In this document: positions 1 to 11,050 of the stretch, one piece after another | How positions within the stretch are numbered: position 1 is the first letter of the stretch | Layout: each line of letters begins with the position of its first letter | DNA from: Octopus bimaculoides | Lineage: Eukaryota | Assembly: GCF_001194135.2 (NCBI RefSeq) | Contig: NC_068989.1 | Span: 75,469,132 to 75,511,578, forward strand | Direction: 5' to 3' | Length of the DNA stretch: 42,447 nucleotides | Notes under the pieces: model-generated | Databases searched by the model: none | What the model saw: only the letters and a program-made list of their open reading frames with translations | Told to the model about the DNA's origin: nothing | Position numbers and translations under genes: made by a program

Positions 1-360
1 GGGGGGAACATCATAGCCATGTGTTGAGAGGAATTCTTTGGGGTTTGGATAATTCACCTTTGGAAACATGGGTGTTTTGCTCAACATCCTTAAACAAACC
101 TTATTCAAGGACCTTTTGAGCTGGATGGGCTACTCGACTTGAAGAAAATTCTAACTGGGCCCCACCTGCAAGGTCATGCGCTGTTTATCTTGATATGAGA
201 TCACCATGTCGCGTACATATGGTTGTGATGCATGTGCCTGGTGTACCCTTATCAGACGGGTAGTCATGATGGGTATATTGGGCTTTGTATATTTTACCCC
301 AGTGTCACTTTGATGGCATGCACTGCTCTCTCACTCAATAATAATAATAATAATAATAAT
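1..360 (+). mobile_element. 3' end of a non-LTR retroposon ending in (AAT)n
   Basis: Higher-GC segment running into an aataataat tail at about 338-360; 5' part lies outside the window. Confidence 0.6.
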
Positions 361-536
361 ACACCCCCCCACCAACAACAACAACAAACAAGAGTTCTGG
401 TGTTTATGTAGGGGCCTCCATTGAATGCCTGGGCACTGAGAGGGGTTTGTTTTTGTTGATGCTCTTGTGGATTCCATGGTTAGAGTTGGTTCAAAAAGCT
501 CCATATAAACTCTGACATTGATACAAGTGAGCTTAT

Positions 537-590
537 GAAAGAGTACATAATGTTATAAAGAGTACATAATGTTATAAAGAGTACTTAATG
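537..590. repeat. 19-bp tandem repeat, about 3 copies (aaagagtacataatgttat)
   Basis: Read directly. Confidence 0.85.
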
Positions 591-743
591 CTGTTTAACT
601 TCCTAGTATGCATGGAAAAACCTTTGTTGTTAGTGTGGATGATACATTTAATGTTTGCTGAGATTGAGATGTTATTGCAAATTGATTCAACTCTTTGAAA
701 TTATGTTGTTCCACTTATCTAAAACTGTTTGTTTCTTTTACAG

Positions 744-837
744 CCCTTTCTATGGTGAAGAATTCCATGCAGAAATACCAAAGCGCTTTAGGTATTTGTC
801 ATGCTACATTGTCGATACAGGTTATAAAGCTGAGAAG
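744..837 (+). CDS. RASA3: RASA3-like exon (C2A)
   Basis: ttttacag|c PFYGEEFHAEIPKRFRYLSCYIVDTGYKAEK |gtagat; phase 2 to 0. Confidence 0.93.
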
Positions 838-985
838 GTAGATTTTTTTTCCTGATATTTTTACCTTATTTTTATTTGTACTGCTCTATAGTATCCCCCC
901 CCTTCTCTCTCCACGCACACATACACACAAAATCAGTCAGTTGTTTGTTTCTGTTTCTCTCAAGCAAAAATTATTTTCATTATTA

Positions 986-1432
986 GTGACGAAAGCTGGC
1001 AGAATTGTTAAAACACCAAACAGAATGTTTAGCAGCATTTCCTCCGTTTTTACCTTCTGTGTTCAAATTCCACCGAGGTCATATTTGCCTTTTATTCTTT
1101 CCGGGTCGATGAAATAAGTACCAGTTGAACACTGAGGTCGACGTAATTGACTTAATCCCTTCCCTAAAATTGCTGGCCTTGTGCCTAAATCTTCAAACTA
1201 TTATTAGAGATGGAAGCCGGCAGAATTGTTTGCACACCAGTCAAAATGCTTAGTGGCATTTCGTTTGTCTTTACGTTCTGAGTTCAGATACTGTCAAGGT
1301 CGACATAGCCTTGCATTCTTTTGGGATCGATGGAATAAATACCAGTTTATCTCTGGGGGTCGATGTAATCAATTAGCTCTCTCTCTCCCCACAAAACTTC
1401 AGGCATTGTCCCTATAATAGAAAGGTTTATTA
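986..1432 (+). mobile_element. Two tandem tRNA-headed SINEs (family C)
   Basis: Both copies read gctggcagaatt..gttc(aa)a..ccgaggtc.ac.ttgcctt...ggggtcgat..aataagtaccag..ggggtcgatgtaat. Confidence 0.8.
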
Positions 1433-3114
1433 CTGATGGAAGCAGTATGATTTCAAAATAGCATTCTGTATATCTTAACGTGGATTTACTGAAGAAAGCT
1501 ACATGGCTGTGGTTTTCATCCAGCAACGCATCTCATATAAATATATAGTACTAAAAAACAGGCAAATATCATTCAGAAGTAGTGGTGGAATTTCTGGATG
1601 AATTTTGTCTGCTGTTGATATTCTTCTGTGCTTTATGTGTCTCTACAAGATGCTTTCTCAAGCCAAGTACTGCAGTTTTATGGCTTCCTACAGTATATCT
1701 ATGTTAAGTATGATTTACAGAATGCTATAAATTATTTTTATTCTACCTGCTAGGTCTTGAATGAAGGTTTAGTTTCCATGGCTTCTACAGGCCCACCTAG
1801 ATAACTGAGATTACTGCCACTAATATTCCTCTTGTATCTTTGTAAACCAATGCCTGCGGTAGGAAAGGTGTGAACTGGGAGAGAATCCCAGAGGTTTAAT
1901 ATTCAGGGAAGGAAGCACTGGGTGTAGAGGTTAGTGCAGGACTTGGGGAGTGGGGTTGGACACAGAATGGGTGATCAAATGAGGTGAAATAAGTGGGTCA
2001 AGAATGCTCAAGTGGGTATAGTATTGAGGGGAAGGTTTAAAGAATTATCTTTTCATGAACTTTAAGGTGTTATTGAGTTAACACTTAACTCTGATTTTCA
2101 TTGTCTTAAGTGGATTTAAAACAGATATCTCTTTTGGGTAGTGGATTAGAGCTAACTTGGATTAGTAATCTGTTTCTCTTGGGATTGTCATATGGCTCAG
2201 ACTTGGTTATGTGATTAAGAAACTTACTTCCTAACCATGTGGCTTTGGGTTCTGTCCCTCAGTGCAGTACCTTGGGCACATGTCTTTTAGTAATATATAA
2301 CCTTGGGCTGACAAAAGCATTGCGAGCAGATTTGGTTGATGGATACTGAAAGAAGCCTCTCACATACATACACGTGAGTGACGGGTTGTGTGTGTGTTCG
2401 TTTGTGTGTGTTTGTGTATACCTTTGTGTAGACATCATGTGATAATTGAAATCATTGTCATAAAAGCGAGATTGTTTGTTTTCAGTCTTTCATGGAAAAC
2501 ATGTCTAGCTATGAGAAAATATTACTGTGCTTAGAAACATTTGGTTAGGAAACAGACTTCTTCACCACACAGCCATGCATGTGACTAGCCATATATTATA
2601 TACTGTGTATATTATTTTGTCTTTTTGTATAAATAGGACGACATTGATCAGTTTGTTTTTTTTCGAACTCTTTAGAGAAAGATCGAATAAGTATGAAAAA
2701 GAAACAAAAATTTAGTGCAATAATTTTCAAGCATTTATAAAGCAGATGGAAATAGTAATATGACTTCAACTCTTTTAATAACTTTTAAGTGTTTACTTTA
2801 AAAAAAAAATGCAAGTTATGAAATATTGAAATGTTGAAGTACTTTAATTTGTTATCCTTATTATATGAGAACAATATTTCCTTCCTTATTTTGTTTAAAA
2901 AATTATAATTGCTATAACAATATTGTCTCAACAGCGGAAGTATTAAAGAAATGATTCTAAATTTAAGGATAGATACAGGAAGAATGAGAAGAGGTGATTG
3001 CAGTGAATGAAAGCTGTTGGTAGAGAGTTGTAGGATTTTATCGTTCATTTTGAACAATAAAAGTAACATTTTTTCTGTTTAAATTTTAATATTTTGGAAG
3101 ATCTATCCTTATTA

Positions 3115-3603
3115 GTTTGTCTGTCATTGTTGATGATGACCAAGGATGGTAGTTGAAGATGGGTCACAGTGTATCTGGCTGTGGCTAAGCAGTCTGATGT
3201 GTACTTGGAAGGCTCTGCTGCAGATTGGCACTGGTGGTCTACTGGATGTTTATAGGAGTTGAGACCTCTATTGGTGTGGCTTTTCCAGGCAGGGAGGTTT
3301 TGTGCTTCTGTCTTCCAGGTGTCAGGGTTGATCTCATAGCCCTTCAGTGAGGTTTTGAGTGTATCCTTTAAGTGCTTTTTCTATCCACTTTGAATGCACT
3401 TGCCTTCTTCCAATTCACTGTAAAACAGTCTTGTGGGAGTTGCATTTCAGGTATATGAACAAGGTGGCCTGCCCACTTGACTTACACTCTTCTCAACATT
3501 GTGTAGATGCTTGGCAGATCAGCTCAAGAGAGGACCTCTGTGTCTGGGGCCTTGCCTTGCCATGTGATTTCCAACAGCTTTCAAGGGTAGACTCTTGTCA
3601 TTT
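3115..3603 (-). pseudogene. RTE-clade (BovB-like) LINE, decayed ORF C-terminus and 3' end
   Basis: Minus strand reads LLEITWQGKAPDTEVLS*ADLPSIYTMLRRV*VKWAGHL..LKDTLKTSLKGYEINPDTW, matching the RTE I.WQD..P..EVL / RWAGHV / KRFKD.LK pattern; stops and a frameshift. Confidence 0.8.
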
Positions 3604-3859
3604 AATCAGTAACATTCAAAACACAGGTGTGGCTGTATAGTAAGAAATTTACTTCTCAGAAAAATGGTTCTGCATTCTGTCCCACTGTATTGCACGTTGG
3701 ACAAGTGTCTTCTACTATAGCCCAGTGCTGAACAAGGCCTTGCGAGTGGTTTTATAGATGGAAACTGAAAGAAGCCTGTCATGTGTGTGTGTTTATATGT
3801 TACTGTCACCTTGCCTTGATATTACATGATAGTTGTAAGCGAGTGTCAACAAATAGCAA

Positions 3860-4090
3860 CTAACATCCAAGTGGTGTTCTTTATTTGCAACCATGGCCAG
3901 ACATGAAAGACATGTCTGGTCATGGAGATATTTTACCCTGCTTGGAAACAGGTAAGGGCTGACAACAGGAAGGGCATCAAGCTGTAGAAAATCTGCTGCA
4001 ATGAATTCTGTCCCACCTATCATCATCATCATCGTTTAACGTCCGCTTTCCATGCTAGCATGGGTTGGACGATTTGACTGAGGACTGGTG
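3860..4090. mobile_element. Family B retroposon fragments tail-to-tail (+ 3860-4015, - 4018-4090)
   Basis: aggaagggcatc.agctgtagaaa block, then the reverse (cat)n-cgtttaacgtccgctttccatgctagc tail. Confidence 0.75.
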
Positions 4091-4287
4091 GACCAGGAGG
4101 CGGTGAGCTGGAAAAATATTACATGAGATGTTAACATTTTTCATCACACATAATTGTGACTTGGTCACTAAAACTATTTCACTGCAACTGTTTGAAAGTT
4201 TAATACAGACAATACCCAAGATTTATACTTTCAATTTTTGTCACTTCTTGTTCTGTCTGTCTAAAATGAAATATTTTTGCAGTCGTA

Positions 4288-4662
4288 AGAGTGACTGTGT
4301 GGTAAGAAGCTTGCTTCCCAACCACATGGTCCCGGGTTCAGTCCCACTGCTTGGCACCTTGGGCACATGTTGTCTACTATAGCCTCGGACTGATCAAAGC
4401 CTTGTGAGCGGATTTGGTAGACGAAAACTGAAAGAAGCTTGTTGTATATATATGTGTGTGTGTTTGTTTGTTCCTCTATCATTGCTTGACAACCCATGTT
4501 GGTGTGTTTATGTTCCTGTATCTTAGCTGTTCAGCAAAAGTGAGTGATAGAATAAGTACTAGGCTTACAAAGAATAAGTCCTGGGGTCGATTTGTTTGAC
4601 TAAAGGCAGTGCTCCAGCATGGCTGCAGTCAAATGATTGAAACAAGTAAAAGAATAAAGAGA
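4288..4662 (+). mobile_element. tRNA-headed SINE family A (internal TA/TG microsatellite, GAGTAAAA tail)
   Basis: gtgtggtaagaagcttgcttcccaaccacatggtcccgggttcagtccc head; aaactgaaagaagc before the microsatellite; ctggggtcgatttg tail. Confidence 0.85.
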
Positions 4663-5289
4663 ATGTAGAGAAGCAGCTCTCCAGATTCATCTTTTTACAT
4701 TTCCTATGACCCTGACTTTTCAAATATCTAAAAAGTACAAAAACCAAATGTATGAATCTTAAAGACTTGATATAGCCAACTGACTACTCAAAATGTTTCA
4801 AACAGTTTCAGTTAAACTATGTCATTGAGCAGGTTATTTCTTTGTTACTTTTGCTGTTATGACATATTAATGAAAATTTTGACATCTCATGAAGTAAATT
4901 TAAACTGCTTTTGTGGGTTGTTAAATTACTAGAGTAACTCTTTCCACGACGTAACAGCTTCTGAAATTTTAGCATCTCTTCTGTAGCAAGATACTTGTAC
5001 GTCTCCTCTATCACATGGCATAAACGATCACTTGAGTGAGTGTTGTGGATTGTCACTCAAATCCACGACACTCACCCTCTTGAGTATCAGCTAATATTTA
5101 TGCCATGTTCAATACTCAATTCCAACAATATTGAATTGTTGTGAACTCTTGTAGCTAGAATGAAAGATTAGTCAGTATAAATTTTAAGTCGTAATTCTCT
5201 ACGACAAAATGACTTTATTTCTAATGGTTCTATAAATGCTAAATGTTCATAATAAACTAATGTAGAAATTTAATTCCTTTTACTTCTTG

Positions 5290-5600
5290 TTTCCTCCTAT
5301 CACTTGGCATAAAGTCACCTTCTCCTCCCTAATAACCTCTTCCACCTACTCATAGGGACTTTTTGCTCCCCCTCCCACTCTTCTTTTTATGCCTTGCACC
5401 TTACTTGGCAACCTCACTAGTGTAGGTTGCATGAAAAAAAAGCACCCAGTACACATCGTAAAGTGGTTGGTGTTAGGAAGGATATCCAGCCATAGAAAAC
5501 ATGCTAAAGCTGACACTGGAGCTTGATGCAGCTCTGTGGCTCACCGGGTCTTATCCAATCATCCAACCTATGTCATCATGGAAAGCACATTAAATGATGG
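5290..5600 (+). mobile_element. Family B retroposon ((GAT)n-tailed), variant with a longer 5' part
   Basis: aaaaagcacccagtacac..gtggttggtgttaggaagg..catccagcc; also at 32250-32600. Confidence 0.75.
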
Positions 5601-5934
5601 TGATTAAAATAGCATTTGTAAGACATTTTTTTTCATCATTTTAGATTCTTCCAAACATTTTTTTAGAAGTTTAGTTACAGCCAGCTGCTTAAACTATTCT
5701 AGGTTCTGACCATGCTGGAGCTCTTCATCCTTTAATTTTGTGTTTTCATTTCATGTTTTTTGTCATTTTTATATTTTTTTATTTTATACTTTAATCTGTG
5801 AATAATAGAGTTGTAGGGTATATGCTCCCAACAGACCAGTCACTGGTTTGATGCATTTCTAATAGTAGCTACACTTGATAAGGGATTGTTTGTGCAACTT
5901 GGGTGGAGCAAAATATCACAACATATTTTTGTTC

Positions 5935-6356
5935 TGTAGCTGATGCCAGTGCCGCCTGACTGGCACCCTTGCTGGTGGCATGTAAAAAGCACCATTCGTA
6001 CGTATATGATGCCAGTGTTGCCTGAGTGGCTTCTGTGCTGATGGCACATAAAAAGCACCATTTGAGTGTCGTCAATGCCAGTGCCACCTGACTGGCTCCC
6101 GTACCGGTGGCAAGTAAAAACACCATTCGAGCATGGCTGATGCCAGTGCTGCATGACTGGCCCCCTGTGCTGGTGGCACGTAAAAAGCACTCACTACACT
6201 CTCAGAGTGATTGGCATTAGGAAGGACATCCAGCTGTAGAAACCTTGCCAGAGCAGATTGGAGCCTGGTGCAACCCCCTGTCTTGCCAGTCCTCAGTCAA
6301 ATCGTCCAACCCATACCAGCATGGAAAGCAGATGTTAAACGACAACGATGACGATG
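5935..6356 (+). mobile_element. Family B retroposon with four tandem 65-66-nt modules
   Basis: (gatgccagtg..tgactggc..gtgctggtggcacgtaaaaagcacc)x4, then cactacactctcagagtg..gttaaacgac. Confidence 0.85.
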
Positions 6357-6534
6357 TACTGGGTTATTGTTTGTTGCTGATGTTTACATTTTTGGTGACA
6401 TATTATTGCCAAAAGACACACATGCATGTACACACATGTGCATATACACACACGTGCATGTACACACACACACATGCAATGAATAACTAAATGACATATT
6501 TTTTAAAACAGTTTCTTTATTGTTTTCATTGAAG

Positions 6535-6636
6535 GTTATTGGAAAAGTTTCCCTAAGGAGAGAAGAACTTCACAAATACCATGGCAAAGACCATTGGTTT
6601 CCCTTGTCACATGTTGGCTCAAATCCAGAAGTACAG
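6535..6636 (+). CDS. RASA3: RASA3-like exon (C2A end)
   Basis: ttgaag| VIGKVSLRREELHKYHGKDHWFPLSHVGSNPEVQ |gtaatt; phase 0 to 0. Confidence 0.93.
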
Positions 6637-7525
6637 GTAATTTAATAATCTTTTTTATGAAGTTCATTATCATCATCATCATCACCACCATCACGGCCAC
6701 ATCATTGTCATCCTCCTCCTCTTCCTCATTCCCTTCCTCCTCTTTTTTCTTCTCTCCCTCCTATTGTGAGTGTATCTGGTAGACAGAAACTGTGTGGAAG
6801 CTTGTTTTGTGTGTTTGTTTGTGTATGTATTTGAGCATGTCTTTGTGCTTGTGTCCCCCCCACCCCCAACTGATTGGCAAAAGATATTGGTTTGATTATG
6901 TCCCTGTAACTTAGCAGTTCAACACATGTGGTCGATAGAATGTCTGGCATCGGCCCACATCTTCTGTAAACATGACAGATGTTCTACCAAAGCAATCTTT
7001 TGAATTTCACCATCCATTTTTGTATTTAGCAGTTATTACTGTGTTGAGTCAAAAGTTTTGCAATATTTTGGCTCATTTCCTGCACTCGCATTTCATTAAC
7101 CAAGATGACATAGAAGCTTCAGTGAAGAAGTTTTTCACCTCAAAGGACAAGAACTAGTATCGGTGTGGAATCAAAGAACTGTCAGATAAATGATTTCAGA
7201 TGGTACAACACAATGGCCTCTATTTTGAATGCTAGGCTGCTTTTGTTGTAACGTGACGAATGAAGCAAATAAATGACCAAAATATTGCAAAACTTTTGAC
7301 TCAACAAAATACTTATGGTTTTTATCTACTGTTCTGCTATTAAAAATGTTATATTTCATTTCTCTCAAAGTTTAAAAAATCATATGATGTAAACTTATAT
7401 TTATGTTTTATTTAAATGGAGATTGACTTTTCTTAGCAAATTTTAAAAGGAACGTTACATTTCCTCCTTAAAACAACCTTCTTTCCTCTAAATATTCATA
7501 GTAAAACTCCATTTGTCTTTTATAG

Positions 7526-7608
7526 GGAAAGGTTCACCTGGAGATCAGGTTTGATGAGTACCTCAATACTGAACCAGAATCCTTCTCCTCTCACCGCATG
7601 GTTGTCAG
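7526..7608 (+). CDS. RASA3: RASA3-like exon (C2A/C2B linker)
   Basis: tttatag| GKVHLEIRFDEYLNTEPESFSSHRMVV(R) |gtaagc; phase 0 to 2. Confidence 0.94.
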
Positions 7609-7663
7609 GTAAGCCAGAACTTTTGTTTTTTAAACTACCAGTTGTGAAAATCCTACACTTGTT

Positions 7664-7715
7664 CACATAATCACTGTCATCATCATCATCATCATCTCCA
7701 CAACTGTTATCATCG

Positions 7716-7748
<33 letters not shown>

Positions 7749-7940
7749 CAACTGTTATCATCATCATCATCATCACAACTGTTATCATCATCATCATCAT
7801 CATCATCATCACAACTGTCATCATCATCGTCATCATCATCATCATCATCATCATCACAACTGTCATCATCATCATCACAACTGTCATCATCATCATCACA
7901 ACTGTCATCATCATTGTCATCATCATTATCTCATCATCAA
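7664..7940. repeat. Compound (ATC)n minisatellite with 7 CACAACTGT spacers
   Basis: Read directly; produces the spurious poly-Met ORF 7663..8013. Confidence 0.95.
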
Positions 7941-8018
7941 TGTCTTTACTCTCAGTCTCTTCCTGTATTGTTTTTTTTTTTGCTGTTGTTGATATATTGT
8001 TGTTTTCCTTCATGACAG

Positions 8019-8181
8019 AGTTATTGAATGCTTGGACTTGACCGTGGTCAATGGTGCGTGCAATCCTTATGCTGTCATCACGTTAACTTTTGGAAAATCT
8101 CGGCACAGAGAAGAAGTGAAGCGAACGAGCGTCAAGAAGAAGACAATTTGTCCACAGTTTGAAGAAACGTTTTTCTTTGAT
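8019..8181 (+). CDS. RASA3: RASA3-like exon (C2B)
   Basis: tgacag| VIECLDLTVVNGACNPYAVITLTFGKSRHREEVKRTSVKKKTICPQFEETFFFD |gtaagt; phase 2 to 0. Confidence 0.94.
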
Positions 8182-8677
8182 GTAAGTAGGAGATTTTTGA
8201 GGGTGGTGGCAGTGGCGGCGGCGGCGGTGGTGGTGGTAGGGGTTTGCTTTGAAATGTGCAGAAGGGTGATGCACAGTGACAAACCTCTCCAGCAGGTTTG
8301 ATCCCCAACTGGGTTATTTTACTTGATCCCCTTCTCATACCACCTGTTAGGCACTAATAATGGTCCCTACCAAGGTCCCAGCTATGGGTGAGCCCTTTTT
8401 GCACTCTTGCTGTGTCCTACTCTCACTCTCTCTCCCCTCTTTCCTCTGGCTGGTTTGAACATAAAACAAGGTAGAATATTTGGGCTGGACATGGCCAGTT
8501 TAAATGCTGAAGAGTTAATTAGCAGGTCATTGTGGTCACCCCTTATGGACCCAGAATAGATGAAGCCCTTCAGTTCTTTAGCTTCTCATCTAAGAGAAGG
8601 TAACTCCATACAAATTCTGCATCCTGATAAATACCGAGTTCATGGCACTTGTACCACAAGATCAATACAAGACCCAT

Positions 8678-8748
8678 GGGCATATGGTGTAGTGGTTAAG
8701 AGCGCAGCCTACTAACCCCAAGATTCCGAGTTCGATTCCAAGCAGTGA

Positions 8749-8791
<43 letters not shown>
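8678..8791 (+). mobile_element. Very short tRNA-derived SINE or tRNA pseudogene with an (AAT)n tail
   Basis: A box tggtgtagtgg, B box gagttcgattcc, acceptor stem does not pair, directly followed by about 13 AAT units. Confidence 0.72.
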
Positions 8792-9080
8792 TATAGTAAC
8801 AACATCTAAAACTGTGTGATTGGGAAGTGAACTTCTTAGTAACCACACAGCCATCTCTGCCCCTGTCATACAGCCATGTCTGCAAATGGTTAAAGGTTTT
8901 TATTATTATTTCTTTTTATTTTAAATACAAGATATTGTTGTTAGTACCTTGTAATTTTTTCAAATGTCTGCTAATATCTCTCATTTTTGAAACAAATTTG
9001 TTGAGAATTCCTTTTAGAAATATCTTCACCTTAAAAAGAATAAAAAAAAAATCCTTTTTCTTTTTTTCTTTTTCTCTCAG

Positions 9081-9151
9081 CTTGACAAAAGGAATCAAAA
9101 TGGAGACAGAAACCAATACATTTTTGAAGATTTTCTCAGTGGAGATGTATG
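9081..9151 (+). CDS. RASA3: RASA3-like exon (C2B variable loop)
   Basis: long pyrimidine tract ending ctctcag| LDKRNQNGDRNQYIFEDFLSGDV(C) |gtgagt; phase 0 to 2, required to bridge the neighbouring phases. Confidence 0.85.
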
Positions 9152-9807
9152 GTGAGTCCATAAAATTGTTGTTACTGTTACCCTCAACCCCTACCCATAA
9201 ATATCAGGGACATTTATATTAGCATCATTGTTGTTGTTGTTGCTACTGGTGTCTACTCTTTCATGTTGGTAGAAGCTTGCAGTACCATTATCATCAGCAC
9301 CACTTAATGTCTACTTTCCTATGTTTGTATGGGTCAAATGAAATTTGTTGTCAGACGGAGTTTCTACTACCACCAGATGCCCTTTCCTATTGCCAACCCT
9401 CACCTGTTTCCAAGCAAGGTAGTAATTTCCCATGGCTAGATACGGGTTTCCATGGAAGACTGGAAACCAATGACATCACTTGCATTATAGTGATGCTTGT
9501 TAACAGCCATCACGTGATGTGAGGACAAGAAAGAACACACACACACACACACACGCAATCAACTCCTTTCAGTGATCATCTGCCAAATACGCTTTCAAGG
9601 TTTTGGCTGTCTTAGGGCTATAGTAGACTCTTGTCCATGGTGTTGCACAGTGGGACTGAACCAGAGACCACATGATTGGGTAAGCAACCTGTTCCATGTT
9701 AATTTTCTTTCAATCCGTATTTTGTAATGAAAAGAATGTTCAAGAAATAATTATTTCTACTGGGATTTTTAAACACCAACTAATGTTGTACACAATTGTT
9801 TTTTCAG

Positions 9808-9936
9808 TATATCATTGTGGCATGATGATACCAAAGTGTCTCGAGAAGTCTTAGGTGGTATCTTTCCTGGTGCTTTTCTCGGAGAGGTGAAAATTCCATT
9901 ACGAGATTTAGATCCAAAATCGGTACATAAAGCATG
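9808..9936 (+). CDS. RASA3: RASA3-like exon (C2B)
   Basis: ttttcag| ISLWHDDTKVSREVLGGIFPGAFLGEVKIPLRDLDPKSVHKA(W) |gtatgt; phase 2 to 2. Confidence 0.92.
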
Positions 9937-10419
9937 GTATGTATTACGCTTTGTCTTGTTTTTTTCTCTTTGACTTTTGAACCCTTCTGATATCAGCCCT
10001 TTGGAGATCTCCCTTGGTTCTGTGATACAAACTTCCCCTTTTTTAAAGTGATCAAGATTAAAACCTTTGATCAAAATTTTGTCTTAATTCTGTTCCAAAC
10101 ATCTGCATAATTCTCTTGGTACAAACCCATTTGAGACTACTCCTTGTTTTATGATACAAACTTCCTGTTTTAACCTTTTAGCATTTAAACTGACCATATT
10201 TGGCCCAAAAATTCTACTTGTTTTATGTTCAAACCAGTCAGACCCAGCCTATCACACCTACCCTACAATGTCATTTGAAAAAAAAAAAATCATAACATTT
10301 GAAATCTTGAAGCTACAAAATAATGCATAATTAAAGAATAAAAAGTTTTGAATGGTACAACAATACACTATAATACAAAAAATGGACTATATACCTGTTG
10401 TAATTTAGTTATCTATAGT

Positions 10420-10460
10420 CCGATGATATTTCGGAATACAATTCCTTCTTCAGATATTCT
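10420..10460 (-). ncRNA. Minimal (Penelope-type) hammerhead-like motif
   Basis: Minus strand reads AT CTGAAGA A GGAAT-TGT-ATTCC GAAA TATC AT; palindromic ATAT stem III, AUC triplet, stem I only 2 bp. Confidence 0.5.
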
Positions 10461-10648
10461 TAGATGGAGTCTACTCTCCTAATGCATAATTAATTCAAAA
10501 GAGTGTAAATAAAGAAACATTTTATTTGAAGGGGTTACCTAAATGCTAAAAAGTTTCAAATGTATCAAAATTTTGGGTTATGTTCCAAACATCAGCTTCA
10601 TTATAACAAAGCTGTTTCCCTAAACTCTTCATCATTTTCAAAGTTATA

Positions 10649-10819
10649 GGCACAGGAATGGCTGTGTGGTAAGTAGCTTGCTTACCAGCCACATGGTTCC
10701 GGGTTCAGTCCCACTGCGTGGCACCTTGGGCAAGTGTCTTCTACTATAGCCTCGGGCTGACCAAAGCCTTGTAAGTGGATTTGGTAGACGGAAACTAAAA
10801 GAAGCCTGTCGTATATATG

Positions 10820-10850
<31 letters not shown>

Positions 10851-11050
10851 CTGTGTTTGTCCCCCCAACATCGCGTGACAACCGATGGTGGTGTGTTTAT
10901 GTCCCCGTAACTTAGTGGTTCGGCAAAAGAGACTGATAGAATAAGTACTAGGCTTACAAAGAATAAGTCCTGGGGTCGATTTGCTCGACTAAAAGTGTTG
11001 CACCAGCATGGCCACAGTCAAAATGACTGAAACAAGTAAAAGAGTAAAGA
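10649..11050 (+). mobile_element. SINE family A, full length, inserted in a MITE
   Basis: Near-identical to 11918-12384. Confidence 0.9.

Noticed and set aside
820-826. Alternative donor ACAG|GTTATA in the first exon
   Set aside because: Poor donor consensus, and it gives phase 1, which breaks the frame with the next exon; AAG|GTAGAT at 837 fits.
1440-2185. Coding-like decayed sequence on the minus strand (similar-looking pieces at 16440-16730 and 18755-18870), possibly a Penelope or other retroelement ORF
   Set aside because: Multiple stops and no motif I can name with confidence; left unassigned pending TBLASTN.
4075-4105. CTGAGGA followed by a CTGG/CCAG hairpin in minus-strand family B tails (also near 6290 and 22226), resembling a hammerhead half
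   Set aside because: No copy has GAAA after the hairpin (GAGG, AAGG or GATG instead), and there is no stem III/NUH or stem I.
5380-5500. Possible HDV-like ribozyme around GCCACGTAAAAAGCACC in family B, given that RTE elements can carry them
   Set aside because: I could not build the nested double pseudoknot (P1, P1.1, P2, P3, J4/2) by eye; an RNAMotif/Infernal search would be needed.
5935-6200. CRISPR-like repeat-spacer array
   Set aside because: Eukaryotic intron; the units are contiguous degenerate tandem copies without unique spacers, and there are no cas genes.
7663-8013. 116-aa poly-Met ORF and other low-complexity ORFs (YIYI, HTHT, PPPP, DDDD types)
   Set aside because: These are translations of microsatellites and SINE cores or of N-gaps, not genes.
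8678-8750. Functional tRNA gene
   Set aside because: Acceptor and T stems do not pair, and it runs into an (AAT)n tail; reported as a SINE-like element instead.
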